Part shown: positions 31,159 to 44,235 of the stretch, piece after piece
Layout: every line of letters begins with the position of its first letter
How positions within the stretch are numbered: position 1 is the first letter of the stretch
DNA from: Eledone cirrhosa
Taxonomy: Eukaryota
Direction: 5' to 3'
Length of the DNA: 64,000 bases
Assembly: GCA_964016885.1 (NCBI GenBank)
Contig: OZ024760.1
Span: 14,818,001-14,882,000 of the forward strand
Made by a program: the position numbers and the translations under genes
Notes under the pieces: generated by a model
What the model saw: the letters and a program-made list of their open reading frames with translations, nothing else
What the model was told of the DNA's origin: nothing
Databases searched by the model: none

Positions 31159-31710
31159 CTGTAAGAAAGAAGGAGAACTGAGAGAAAGGGAGACTAACAT
31201 ACACACCCCAACAAACTTTTTAACCTTTAGAATTTGTATTACTCTCTATTTACTATTATATTTTGTGGTAAATACTTTATCTTACATAATTATCTCACAT
31301 AATATTGAATCTATGAGATTTTGATATTAATTATTTTGAGAACAATACCTTAACATAAGTATGAGGGGTTGGTTATGGCCAGTTTAAACAGAAAGAGGTG
31401 AGAAAATTTTGGCCGGATACAGTTGGTTTAACCCTTTAGCATTTGCATTACTCTATATTTACTATTGTATTTTTGCAGTAAAAGCTTTATCTCACATAAT
31501 ATCGAAGCTATGAGATTTTGATATTACTTATTTTGAGAATAATACCTTAACATGAGTTGCCAGTTTGAAGAGAAAGAAGTGAGAGAATTCTGGCCGGTTT
31601 AAATGCTAAAGGCTTAAACCTTTCGATACCAATCCATTTTAAAGGGTTCTTAACTAAACTAAATTATTCCAAATGGCTCAATGGCTAAAGCATTGTGCTA
31701 GAATACTTAC

Positions 31711-31752
31711 AGATGATGTGTTTTTCTGGAAATCCTCAAATATTTTGAAAAC
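31711..31752 (-). CDS. MUTYH: MUTYH exon
   Basis: tcttag|VFKIFEDFQKNTSS|gtaagt; 42 nt. Confidence 0.85.
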
Positions 31753-32598
31753 CTAAGACAAAAATGTTAAAAAAGGGGAAAGTACATGAAAAATAAGCAA
31801 ACATCAGGGGTCTACAGAGCAAAATTAAGTTAGTGTAATTATATTTAACCCTTTAATTACTTATTTTTTAATAAAAACACTGCCTATGATTTTCAAATAA
31901 TTTTTTAAATAATCAAGAATTTGGAGGGATTTAGTAATGGATTAATTTTCTCATTATCAAGTTTGTGTTTGGAGCATAACTTAAAGGTTCTGCAGAAAAT
32001 TATTTTACAATGGTTTTAGATATATCTAAACACTTTAACTCTTTCGCTACTGTATTTATAATGAAAGACTGTGATTTTGAAATAATTTAAAATATACTCA
32101 AGAATTTGAAGGGATTTAATAATATAACTAGCTTTCTCATTATCCTACACAAACTTGTGATGGAAAGGTTTTAAATAATGAAAGACACGGACGAGTTGAG
32201 AGTGAAACTGTGTATAAAAGGAATAAACTGTAAGTGTGCAGGAGAGAAGACTGTGTTGGTATGGACATGTGATGCGCATGGAAGATGACCACTGGGTGAA
32301 GAAGTGCCAAGTACTCTCAGTGGAAGGAAGACGCAGTAGAGGAAGACCTCGAAAAACATGGGCAGAGGTGGTGAGAGCTGACCTTAGATTGCTGAAGCTC
32401 ACAAAGGAGATGATGAAGGACTGTGACAAGTGGAGAGATGCTGTGCTGAAGAGGATTTGTTCCACCCTTGCAAGCAGGGAAAAGTGGACGTATGATGATG
32501 ATGATGATGATGAAAGACACTGCCAAACAATTTTGAAAGATTTAATAATTGTATGTAATACAAGCGAAACAAAAATGAACACGCTTTTAACAGCTTAC

Positions 32599-32769
32599 CT
32601 TCTTCATGGCAGTTGAGATAGCTGATGTCTTTAATTGATCACCGGTCATCCACTGGATATGGACAGTAGATATACCCACTGGACGATGGTCAGATGAAGG
32701 AGATTTACTGGTGTAGTCTATAGCTTCGACAGAATAAGTCTGACGGATGTGAGAGAAAATATGCAGGAC
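32599..32769 (-). CDS. MUTYH: MUTYH exon (FSH loop, 8-oxoG recognition)
   Basis: VLHIFSHIRQTY...WMTGDQLKTSAISTAMKK|gtaagc. Confidence 0.95.
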
Positions 32770-33691
32770 CTTGAATGACCAGAGAGAATGAGAAAAGACA
32801 AATTAATAATGGAACTATGGTAGCCACTCTGTGGTTACTCGGCCTGCTAAAAATAGCAGCTAAATCTCCCTTCAATTACACTCTACCATCTTAAACACAT
32901 GTTCCGTCTACCATCATTTAATTTTGTTTTTCTGGTATAAAGAGGAATATTTTATAATTTAAAATAAACAGACAATAAATAAAATCATTTAACTCTTCAG
33001 CATTTAAACTGATCATATCCGGCCAGAATTCTCTCACCTCTTTCTCTTAAAACTAGCTGCAACTGGCCATTCATACTGATGTTAAGGTATTGTTCTCAAA
33101 ATAAATAATATCAACATTTCATAGATTCGATAATATGTGAGATAAAGACTTTACCATGAAAATACAATAGTGTATATATAGAGTAATGTAAATACTAAAG
33201 GGTTAATTATATATTAAACAAGTATTGTAAGGGCATTTCAAATACTATATATACACACACACACAATCTCTCTCTCTCTTTCGGTTATCCCGCTTTACAC
33301 ACGTTTTCACTTATCTCCCTTTAGTCATACTAAAAGAATGAAAGGTAAAATTGACATTGGCAGGATTTAAACTTAGAGCACAGAAGTTAGGGATGAATAA
33401 TGCAAGGCATTTTATCTTACGTTCCAATGGCTCTGCCACTTTCTACACACACACACACATAAAAAGAAATATATTTAAACCGGCTGTATCCGGGCAAAAT
33501 TCCTTCACCTCTTTCTGTTCAAACCTGCTGTAACTGGCCACTCATACTTATGTTAATGTATTGTTCTAAAAAAAAATAATATCAAAATCTCATAGATTCG
33601 ATATTATGTGAGAGTGTTTACAGTGAAAATATAATAGTAAATACGGAGTAATGTAAATGGTAAAGGGTTAAAAGAAATTCTAGAGACTTAC

Positions 33692-33828
33692 ATCTCCAAC
33701 TTTTGATCTTTTGCCAAGTAAAGAAGTTTTCAGGCCGAAGTTTTCTAATCTAGAAAACAGCGCCTCATTATTTTCAGCCTCGTTAACCTCATTAAGTGTT
33801 GGAAATTCCCACAGACCGGCTAATAGAC
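33692..33828 (-). CDS. MUTYH: MUTYH exon (NUDIX-like domain)
   Basis: tttgcag|GLLAGLWEFPTLNE...SKVGD|gtaagt; 137 nt. Confidence 0.95.
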
Positions 33829-34581
33829 CTGCAAACACAAATATACATACATATAGGTTACACATATACTGTTAAGGGGTCGTGTAGAGGTCACAAGAAA
33901 AAGCATCCAACCACACTTTAAAGTGGTCGTGTAGGTATCATGACAAAAAGCACCCGGCCCACACTGTAAAGTCGTGTAGGTATCATGACAAAAACACCCA
34001 GCCCACACTGTAAAGTGGTTGTGTTGGAGTCACAATGAAAAGCACCCAGCCACACTGTAAAGTGGTCGTGTAGGGATCACGACAAAAAGCAACCAGCCCA
34101 CACTGTAAAGTGGTTGTGTTGGAGTCAATGAAAAGCACCCAGGACACATTGTAAAGTGGTCGTGTAGGTATCGTGACAAAAACACCCATCCCACACTGTA
34201 AATGTGGTTGGCATTAGGAAGGGCATCCAGCTGTAGGAATCTAGCCAGAAACAGTTCTATATGAGCATGACACAGTCATCAGACCCAATTTGCCTCAAAT
34301 GGAACAACCCGTCTAACCCATGCTAACATGGAAAATAGACGTTAAACGATGATGATAATAGATACACACATACATATATACATGTATATATATAAATAAA
34401 ATAGAGTCTGCATTGGTGAGACCAAGGGGACCACTAATCATGTGAGTACTCGATACATTGGGAGATGTAGAGTGGGTATAGAGATATGTAGAATCCCAAC
34501 TGTGGTGCCAAGTGGTTTCGGCTTGCTGAACACTTAAGCCAAAAATGCTTGGCACTGCAGTCAGGATTTTACATATCTCTC

Positions 34582-34617
<36 letters not shown>

Positions 34618-34749
34618 TCTAAGGCGGGTAAAATTCCCGAGATCCATGGACGAGTTCTCTCCAGCGGTCTCTGTCCCTCATTATCGCTGCCATATCCTGC
34701 ATGTCCAGCCAACCTCAGTCTCCTCTGTGTCACTATTGAGCTGACTTTT

Positions 34750-34793
<44 letters not shown>

Positions 34794-34899
34794 AAAAAAG
34801 GAAAAGAATGACTTCACTTGTAGTTCTAAACAATTTGATTAAATTTTATAATATTATAATATTATGAATATATATATATATATATGTGTTCATAAATAT

Positions 34900-35712
34900 A
34901 CTTATATTTAAGGTGAGGAACTAGGCAACATGTACACTCTGTAAGGAATGAAACAGAAAATAGAAAATTTGGGAAAGTTTCACACAAAAGATGTGAAGGG
35001 TTCAAGGTTGTGAGGTAGTGTATGAGGGGAAAGTAATGAGTTGAACACCTGCTCTCACCAACGCTGAAAAATAAGAAATGTGGAAGTACCATTACGAGAG
35101 ACTGCTGGATGAGGAAAATACAAAGGAGGAAGATAGTCTACCCAAAGTTGACTCAGCAGAGAGACCCACTATACATGGCAGTAGCACCATAGTAAGTAAG
35201 GCAATTAAGGAGATATTTACCATGATGCTGAAAGCATCTGTGATGGTAGGCTACACCTTAACCACACATATAGTAAACCAAGTACAGGTAAAATTCCGTT
35301 ATAACAAACTTTTCACTATAGTGAAATTTTTTTCAATTCCTAAGGTAATAAACGAATGCTCAATTTGTTTCAGTCAATCTCGTTATAAAGAATTTTTTGT
35401 TACAACACATTTTTTTTATACCCTGTGGATTTCTTTATAATGGAATTTCACTGCAATACAATACAGAATAGTGTCAATATCCAATGACTGTTCCTAGGGC
35501 AAAGGAGATGCACTAGACAAGGGGAAACTAGAGGTATCAAGTTGATGGACCAGGTCATGAAAGTTACAGAGTTGTCACACAGTTGATAAGAGATCAAGAC
35601 AATCTAAATGAGATGTAGCTCAGCTTTGTACCTAGTAAAGGTGCCAATGGTGCCCTCATCCTTGTGAGACAATTGAAGGAGGAGAACTTAGCTAAAAGTA
35701 AGCCCCTTTACT
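34900..35712 (+). mobile_element. Decayed RTE RT fragment interrupted by a TIR MITE (about 35285-35453)
   Basis: WKYHYERLL..EN, KGDALD.GN.RGIKLMDQVMKV remnants. Confidence 0.6.
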
Positions 35713-35754
35713 AGAAAAAGGAGGAGGAGGAGGAGAAAGAAGAAAGAAACTTAC

Positions 35755-35885
35755 CAGTTTTTGGCCGCTGACACATGAGAAACTGAGGTCCTTCAGAGCT
35801 ACTCCTTTGGATGATAAACACAGCAGATGTCTGCTCCCTTGGGGCTTTTTTAGGGGCCTTCCTAGGGTAATTGGTCACACCAAGG
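35755..35885 (-). CDS. MUTYH: MUTYH exon
   Basis: LGVTNYPRKAPKKAPREQTSAVFIIQ...FLMCQRPKT(G)|gtaagt; phase 2 to 1. Confidence 0.93.
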
Positions 35886-36847
35886 CTAAGTTAGGGGAAA
35901 TACAACAATGAGTGATATATTTAGAGAGGTAGATAGGTGGATGGATAGATAGAGATAAACTGACACATCTTGACTGATAGATTAGATAAATAGAGATAGA
36001 AAGAGGGATGAAGAGATATAAGTAGATGGATATAGATAGATGGACAGTTCTAAATAGATATATAAATATAGACAGACACAAATAAATAGATAGATATAGA
36101 TCATCATCATCATCATTTTACATCCGCTTTTCCCTGCTTGCAAGGGTGGGACGGATCCTATTCAGCACAGCATCTCTCCATTCGTCATGGTCCCTCATCA
36201 TCTCTGAGGTCAGCTCTCACCACCTCCACCCATGTTTTTCGTAGCCTTCCTCTACTGTGTCTTCCTTCCACCGGGATTTCTTGGAACTTCTTCATCCAGT
36301 GGTCATCTTCATGCGCATCACATGTCCATACCAACACAGTCTTCTGTCCTGCACACTTACAGTTTATTACTCTTATACACAGTTTCACTCTCAACTTGTC
36401 CATGTCTTTCATTATTTAAAACCTTTCCATCATAAGTTTGTGAATGAATGTTTGTTAAGTTATGTTCCAGACACCAGCTTAATAATGAGAAAGCTAGTTA
36501 TATTATTAAATCCCTCCAAATTCTTGAGTATATTTTAAATTATTTCAAAATCACAGACAGTCTTTCATTATAACTATGGTAGCGAAAGAGTTAAAGTGTT
36601 TAGATTTAGATTTATCTAAAACCATTGTAATATAATTTTAATAGGAACCTTTGTTAAATTATGCTCCACAGTTTCACTCTCCACTCATCCATACTTGGTC
36701 GTTTACGCATATTGACATTGCACATCCAAATAGATAAGAAGTGAGAGAAATAAAGAAAGGGTAAAAAGACAAGAATTTGATAAAATAACAGCACAGAGCG
36801 GCAATGTTATACCAGAAGATGTTTGTTAAAATAAAGAATTCACTAAC

Positions 36848-36899
36848 TTGTTGTCCCAGGGTTGTGTGGAAGGAAGACATAGGTGGCAGTCTTGGGCTA
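36848..36899 (-). CDS. MUTYH: MUTYH exon (interdomain connector, CxxC)
   Basis: ttaacag|VAQDCHLCLPSTQPWDN(N)|gttagt; 52 nt bridges phase 1 to 2. Confidence 0.9.
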
Positions 36900-37190
36900 C
36901 TGTTAAAAGAGACATAAAAATTATCTGGTTATCACTTATTTTTTATCATTTATTTTATTTTGACCTGTTTAGCTTGATTTGGTTTTTGGCTTGGGTGATT
37001 AATGCTTTCTTGACCACCTTTTCAGTTTTGTATGGCTTCTTAACACATTGTTTAGCTCTGGATTTTAACTATTGAGCACTTTGCCAGTATCATTTCTGAA
37101 TTTTGCGTTTCACTTTGCTTTTCCTGCCCGCCGAAAATGCGATTCTCGCTGAATCTTTATTTGTATATATATATATATATATATATGTAT

Positions 37191-37227
<37 letters not shown>

Positions 37228-37436
37228 CTTTTTTATTATATTTTACATTAAATTTTGACGTTTATAGGCATTTTTATGGACCATGTACAATATTCGCAGT
37301 TTTTCACTCTTCGCGAGTGCTCTAGGAACGTAATCCCTGCAAATACCAGGAGGACAACTGTGTGTGTATATATATACATATATATATCCATACACTATAT
37401 TCAATGACCACAATATGGATAGTAAAGAATACATAC

Positions 37437-37515
37437 CACATTCAATGTCGACAATGTTGTCTTTCTGGGTTCGTTGAAGCAGCGTATTACTAGCTAATTG
37501 ATCATTTTTCATTTT
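37437..37515 (-). CDS. MUTYH: MUTYH exon
   Basis: ttttcag|KMKNDQLASNTLLQRTQKDNIVDIEC|gtatgt. Confidence 0.9.
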
Positions 37516-38761
37516 CTGAAAACAAATGAATAGGAATATTATTGCAAAGCGCAACAACAGCAACACACACACATGTATATATGTCTGGAACTAGCTGTCG
37601 AATGTGAGATAGGTAGACCCAGTAAAATATATTAGATGACCACTGGGTAAAGAAGTGCCAAGAAATCCCAATAGAAGGAAGACCACAAAAAACATGGGTG
37701 GTGAGAGCTGACCTCAGATCGCTGAAGGAGATGACAAAAGACCATGACGAATGGAGAGATGCTGTGCTTAATAGGACCCATCCCACCCTTGCAAGCAGGG
37801 AAAAGCGGATGTAAAATGATGATGATTCCATAATTCTTGAATTAAAGAGATGTGACCTATTTAACTTTTAGCACTCTAGTAATTTTTATGAGTTGTTTCC
37901 CTTGACACCACATTAAGGGAGATTACTCATGTGTTGCCCACAGCGTGCTGAAGATTAATTTAAGAATTATAGAATCTAAAACATATTTCTACTGGGTCTA
38001 CCTATCTCACATTTCCTGGATTTATTAATCCACAGTTATCTTCCTCTAGGGCAGGTAAAATTCCCAAGATCTCTAGCCCGGAGCAGTAGTACATGTTAGG
38101 GCCCCATTTATGGGTTATATAATTACCTTACTCCATGTTGCACCGGTAAGGTATAATCAGCCATTGAAAACAAACATGGAGGGTATATTTAACAGATATC
38201 TCTTTATGGCCTTTAAAAATTATAGTGCCCCGTAACTTAGCAGTTTGACAAAAAGAGATTGAAAAATTAGTGGAATTGATATGATCAACTACATCCCTTC
38301 ATGATGATGCTCCAGTAATAATTGTTTCTATTTTTCGCACAAGGTCAGCAATTACCCCCTCAGTGCATTACTGGTACTTTATTTTATCGACCCCATAAGG
38401 ACGAAAGGCAAAGTTAACTCAGAATGGCAAGGGCCGTAACTATGCGTCAAAGCATGGCGCCCGACCCTCTACCGATACTGCCAATCCACCAGCCCTCACT
38501 GCAACCAGTAATAACGGTTTCTGATTTAGGCACAAAGCCAGCAATTTTGGGTGGAAGAGAAAGTCGATTAAATTGACCCCAGTGTGTTTATTTAATCGAC
38601 CCTGTAAGGATGAAAGGCAAAGCTAACCTCGGCGGGATTTGAATGCAGAACGTAAAGGGCCGTAATTCTCTGCTACAAAGTATGTTGTCTGGCTTAACCG
38701 ATACTGCCAATCCACTGCAACTAGTAATAATAAAATGAAAGGAGGGGCAAAGAATGTTTAC

Positions 38762-38906
38762 CTTTGTGTATGCATGACACGTATTCTGTAGTGGACAGGA
38801 GGAGCAGGATGGCGATTTTGGGGTACACACTGTAGCACCTAGTTCCATGAGGCCTTGGTTAAAGTCCCCTGGTTGATCAGGGGACACTAGTTTGTCAGAC
38901 AATTGC
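38762..38906 (-). CDS. MUTYH: MUTYH exon ([4Fe-4S] motif)
   Basis: [34 protein letters not shown]: C-x6-C-x2-C-x5-C; 145 nt. Confidence 0.97.
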
Positions 38907-39693
38907 CTGCAAAAAAAAAAATCCAGCAGAAAATAATAAAAAAATTAACAAAAAATAATACATGAAATCCCAGTTTACAAAATAACAATTAGAAAGACAA
39001 CTGTGAGATTTATAGGAAGGGAAATAGATATAGAGATTCTCTCTCTTGATATATATATATATCATCATCGTTTAACGCCTATCTTCCACGCTAGCATGGG
39101 TTAGACGGGAATTGTCCCAGTTGAGGCCAGATTGATCAAGTGGCTGGATACCCTTCCTAACACCAACCACTTACTACTGTGTGGACTGGGAGCCTTTTTA
39201 CCGTGTCTCCTACACGACCACTTTACAGCGTGGACCGGGTGTATTGTTTGTTGTGACACCTACACAACTTCTTTAGTTTGGAATGGATGTTGTGGTACCA
39301 ACATAACTTTACAGAGAAAGGGTGGTGTTGGTGGGAGTGGGAAGATGGACTAGGGATGTACATATATGTCATTACGATAATAGAAGTCCGATGAGTGAGG
39401 CCAGATCGCTATAGATCAAACCTTGAGCTGATCAATCGCGAAAGGTGCATCACACCTCAATAAATGTAATGAAGACCTAACACTTCATCCTTTTTATTAT
39501 TAGTATATATATATAGTGCTTCTGTGGGAGCCCCTACAGGGACACTGGAAGAGGAAGACCAAGGTTAACGTATGTTGATGCCCTAAGGACAGACACTGGT
39601 CTGTTGGAGACGCAGGACATGGCAGCGATAATGAGGGACAGAGACCACTGGAGAAAACTCGTCTATGGATCTCGGGAATTTTACCTGCCCTAG

Positions 39694-39725
<32 letters not shown>

Positions 39726-40062
39726 TAGGATTTCGCTTCAAGCATAGTTTTATACAAATATGTATAAAAATTTCGTATTTCTAAAGAAACACGGTTTTAG
39801 GAAGCCGTAGCTATGTTAACGTCCTCTGGTGGTGTCCAGCAGAAGCAATACCACTGTGTAAAGAAGTGCCAAGAAATCACAGTAGAAGGAAGACGCAGTA
39901 GAGGAAAACCGTAAAAATCATAGGCGGAGGTGGTGAGAGCTGACCTCAGATTGCTGAAGCTCATGGAGTAGATGACAAAGGACGAATGGAAAGATGCTGT
40001 GCTGAATAGGACCCATCCCATCCTTGCAAGCAGGGAAAAGCGAATGTATGATGATGATGGTG

Positions 40063-40105
<43 letters not shown>

Positions 40106-40126
40106 GAAAGTAAAAATGTGACATAC

Positions 40127-40224
40127 CAGAACACGTCAACCACTTGAGGGTCACCACTGTTAGCTCCAATTGCTCGTAACCGACTCAGTACCCTTACCAC
40201 ATTGCCATCAACAACACCTACAGG
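40127..40224 (-). CDS. MUTYH: MUTYH exon (catalytic Asp)
   Basis: PVGVVDGNVVRVLSRLRAIGANSGDPQVVDVFW; 98 nt. Confidence 0.97.
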
Positions 40225-41004
40225 CTAATGATGTAATGATAAATTTATTGAAACAAAAAACAAAGAGAAAATTAATCAGTTTAATGAGACATGTTGGCAA
40301 TACTATCATCATCATCAGCACCATCATTACCACTGTCATCCTCAAAACCACCACAACCATCATCATCAACGTTGACATCATCATCATTATCACAATGAAC
40401 ATCACCAGTCTTTATTATCCTCCCTGTCATCATAACCAATATCTCCACCACCATCATCATTAATGGCTGCCATCCAAGCTGTCATGGGTCAGACATGTTA
40501 CAGCTTGAGTCAGCTTTTATTTGGTATTACTGCCCCCTCCCCTATCCTCCACAGATATGTTGGAGGAATACATCTTGCTTGTATGTTTTATTTTTGGCAT
40601 GGTTTCTTTAGCTGGATGCTCTTCTTAATGCCAACAACCACTTTACAGAGTGTACTGGGTGTATTTTGTCATAGCACCAACATTAGAGCAGTTATCATGC
40701 CACCGACAAGAATAAAAAGCCCTCTTTACTCTATGTTGTCTGTTCATTTGCCAACCACTTTACAGAGTGTACTGGGTGCATTTTGTCATAGCAACAACTT
40801 TAGAGCAGTTATCATGTCCTCAATAAGAATGATAAGTCTCTTTGATTCTATGTTGTCATTTGCCAACCACTTTACAAAGTGTACTGAGTGTATTTTGTCA
40901 TAACACCAATATTAGAGCAGTTATCATGTCCTAGACAAGAATAAAAAGCCCTCTTTACTCTATGTTCTCAGTTTATTTGCCACCACTGTGGTGTATTTAC
41001 TTAC

Positions 41005-41118
41005 CTCGTTAAATGAAATAGAAGCAACTGCTGCAGCAGTATATCTTCCAACACCAGGTAGATGATGCAGCAAATCTGCAGCTGTTCTTGGCATCTCACC
41101 TTTCAGTTGTTGTACCAC
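41005..41118 (-). CDS. MUTYH: MUTYH exon (HhH-GPD)
   Basis: VVQQLKGEMPRTAADLLHHLPGVGRYTAAAVASISFNE; 114 nt. Confidence 0.97.
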
Positions 41119-41615
41119 CTGATGTATATATATCATCATATATATATGTGTATATATGTATATGTGAATATGAACATGAAAAACAAAAGAAAAATTATAT
41201 ATTAGTTGACTTTTGGGGATTGGTGTTTATATCTCTTATCACTCTATGTTGAAATATAATTATGTCATAATTGTACAAAATATGAAATATATTAAAATTT
41301 TAAAGTGTGAAATATATGAATTATAAAGTGTGAAATTTATGAATTATAAAGTGTGAAATTTATGAATTATAAAGTGTGAAATTTATGAATTATAAAGTGT
41401 GAAATTTGTGAATTTTAAAGCGTGAAATTTATGAATTATAAAGTGTGAAATTTAAAGTGTGAAATATATGAATTTTAAAGTGTGAAATGCTTGAACTTTT
41501 CAGCCCAGCCCTGTAATATGTCAATGTTAGGTAATATATCAATGTGATTATACTCAGTTTCACACCCTAAACAAACAGCTGAAGTAATGAAATAATACAG
41601 GATGGAAGGTGATAC

Positions 41616-41687
41616 CTTGTTGGCTGCTTCATGTAAACGGCGGGCCCGGGAATAATAGCCAAGTCCTGACCACACCTCATTGACTTC
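41616..41687 (-). CDS. MUTYH: MUTYH exon
   Basis: EVNEVWSGLGYYSRARRLHEAANK; 72 nt. Confidence 0.97.
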
Positions 41688-41989
41688 CTGTAGGAAAGAA
41701 CACACCCTGGGTTAGTTAATAATTTGTATGTGTGTATGCATATATATATATATATATATACAGACACATATATACACACACATACATACAAACTCACATA
41801 TATATATAACTTTGATATGTTTCAGCCAGTATTGGCCCAGGCCATGTCTAATTAATAACACCACTGTATCATAAAATTAAGAGTGACCTCAGACAGATTG
41901 ACAGACAGTTCTGTATTATAAAACTAGGAGTGACCTCAGACAACATGGTACTAAAAGAGTCAAAATACCATATATAACAGCTGTCTTAC

Positions 41990-42031
41990 CTCAATGTCGG
42001 CTTCTGCCAAATCTTCAACCGTTGGCCATTT
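41990..42031 (-). CDS. MUTYH: MUTYH exon
   Basis: tttcag|KWPTVEDLAEADIE|gtaaga; 42 nt. Confidence 0.95.
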
Positions 42032-42074
42032 CTGAAATAAAACAAGGCAAGAGATGGGTTGACATGCTGATATA

Positions 42075-42727
42075 ACAATATTAACCCCTCCCTAATCGAT
42101 ACCAACTTCTCAACCAATACTAACCCCTTCTCAACCAATACTAACCCCTTCTCAACCAATACTAACCACTTCTCAGCCAATACTAACTAACCCCTTCTCA
42201 ATCAATATGAACCCCTTCTCAACCAATACTAACCCCTTCTCAACCAATACTAACCCCTTCTCAATCAATATTAACCCCTTCTCAACCAATACTAATTCCT
42301 TCTCAATCAATATGAACCCCTTCTCAACCAATACTAACCCCTTCTCAATCAATATTAACCCCTTCTCAATCAATATTAACCCCTTCTCAATCAATATTAA
42401 CCCCTTCTCAATCAATATGAACCCCTTCTCAACCAATACTAACCCCTTCTCAACCAATACTAACCCCTTCTCAATCAATATGAACCCCTTCTCAACCAAT
42501 ACTAACCCCTTCTCAACCAATACTAACCCCTTCTCAATCAATATTAACCCCTTCTCAACCAATACTAATTCCTTCTCAATCAATATGAACCCCTTCTCAA
42601 CCAATACTAACCCCTTCTCAATCAATATTAAGCCCTTCTCAATCAATATTAACCCCTTCTCAATCAATATTAACCCCTTCTCAATCAATATGAACCCCTT
42701 CTCAACCAATACTAACCCCTTCTCAAT
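42075..42727. repeat. 21-bp minisatellite filling a MUTYH intron
   Basis: aaccccttctcaa(c/t)caata(c/t)t units. Confidence 0.95.
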
Positions 42728-42751
42728 TGATAAGGTAATAAATCCTCTTAC

Positions 42752-42825
42752 CTTCATCCATCTGTTGTAGTAGTCAATGACTGTGACTACCTGTGTCTGC
42801 TGCAACATTATCTCTGATACCCACA
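42752..42825 (-). CDS. MUTYH: MUTYH exon (catalytic Glu)
   Basis: VWVSEIMLQQTQVVTVIDYYNRWMK; 74 nt. Confidence 0.97.
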
Positions 42826-43163
42826 CTACAAAATATATATACATACACTATATATATGTATATATAATTATGCAAAGATAAATGGAAACAACAAAGAAAA
42901 TTACACAGTACAATGAAGAAATGTAATAGTTTGATGCTTTATATATTAGGAAAAAGAAATTTAACATTTCAGACACTAGTCCTTCATCATGGGTATGTAT
43001 ATATATATATATGTGTATGTTTAATGGTAGCTATGGTGCTTCCATAGGCAGTATGCCAGTTGAGCACTCTATGTTCTTACAGAGCAGAGTGTGATATAAT
43101 ATAAAACGAAAAATCAGTGATGCATCTCGACTCAGTTTAAACAATGATGATATATATTTATAC

Positions 43164-43202
<39 letters not shown>

Positions 43203-43475
43203 CATTTATATATATATATATTTATACATTTATATATATATATATATATATATCTATATATATAAAAGAGAAAATTGAGAGTGTATAACACTCAACTTAT
43301 CAGATAGGCAGCATATGGTTAGCTCAATGTCTGAAGACAGAGCCGTAATACAATTAACAACAAAGAGCGCTTAGAACATAGGTATATCTTTAATTGCTGA
43401 CAATGTTTCGTCCACACTAAAAGTGGGACTCTTCTAAGCGCTCTTTGTTGTTAATTGTATATCTATATATATATA

Positions 43476-43522
<47 letters not shown>

Positions 43523-43946
43523 TTATATATATATATATATATCATCATCATCGTTTAACATCCATCTTCCACACTTGCATGGGTTTGGACGGGAGTTTTC
43601 CCACTTGAGGCAAGAGTGGTTGTCTTGCTCGTATAGGACTGTCTGGCGGGTTTTCTACGGCTGGATGCCCTTCCTAACACCAACCACGATTACAGTGTGG
43701 ACTGGGAGGTTTTTACCGTGTTACCTACACGGCCACATTACAGCATGGACTGTGTGTTTTTTTGTCGTGACACCTACACGACCTCCTTTATATATATATA
43801 TATATTTATTTATTTATACATTTGTATACATATATATATATATTTGTACATTTATATATAGATAAAAAATTTAGCTAGATTTCATTTAACCTTTGAGAAT
43901 GATTGAATGAGGAAACAGCTTGAGAGCAAGAGAGAGATATACTGAC

Positions 43947-43983
43947 CAGAATAAGCTTTTTGGTTGGCATTTGCAGTTGAATT
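43947..43983 (-). CDS. MUTYH: MUTYH exon
   Basis: tttttcag|NSTANANQKAYS(V)|gtcagt; 37 nt. Confidence 0.9.
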
Positions 43984-44235
43984 CTGAAAAAAAAAGCAAA
44001 AAACAAAAAAAAAACACCAGGTTAGAAACAAAAACTAAATGGTTTCATTAAACCCTTTAATATACACCAAACTATGTCTCTATTAAACAAAGCTACCCCC
44101 TGGTATATACAACCCAGTATCTTCCTCTTAACCCTTTAGCATTTACATTACTCTATATTTACTATCTTATCCAACCATCTCATATAATATTGAATCTATG
44201 AGACTTTGATATTTATTTTGAGAACAATACCTTAA

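Noticed and set aside
42173-42751. EKGLVLV repeat protein
   Set aside because: Read-through from a MUTYH exon into an intronic 21-bp minisatellite
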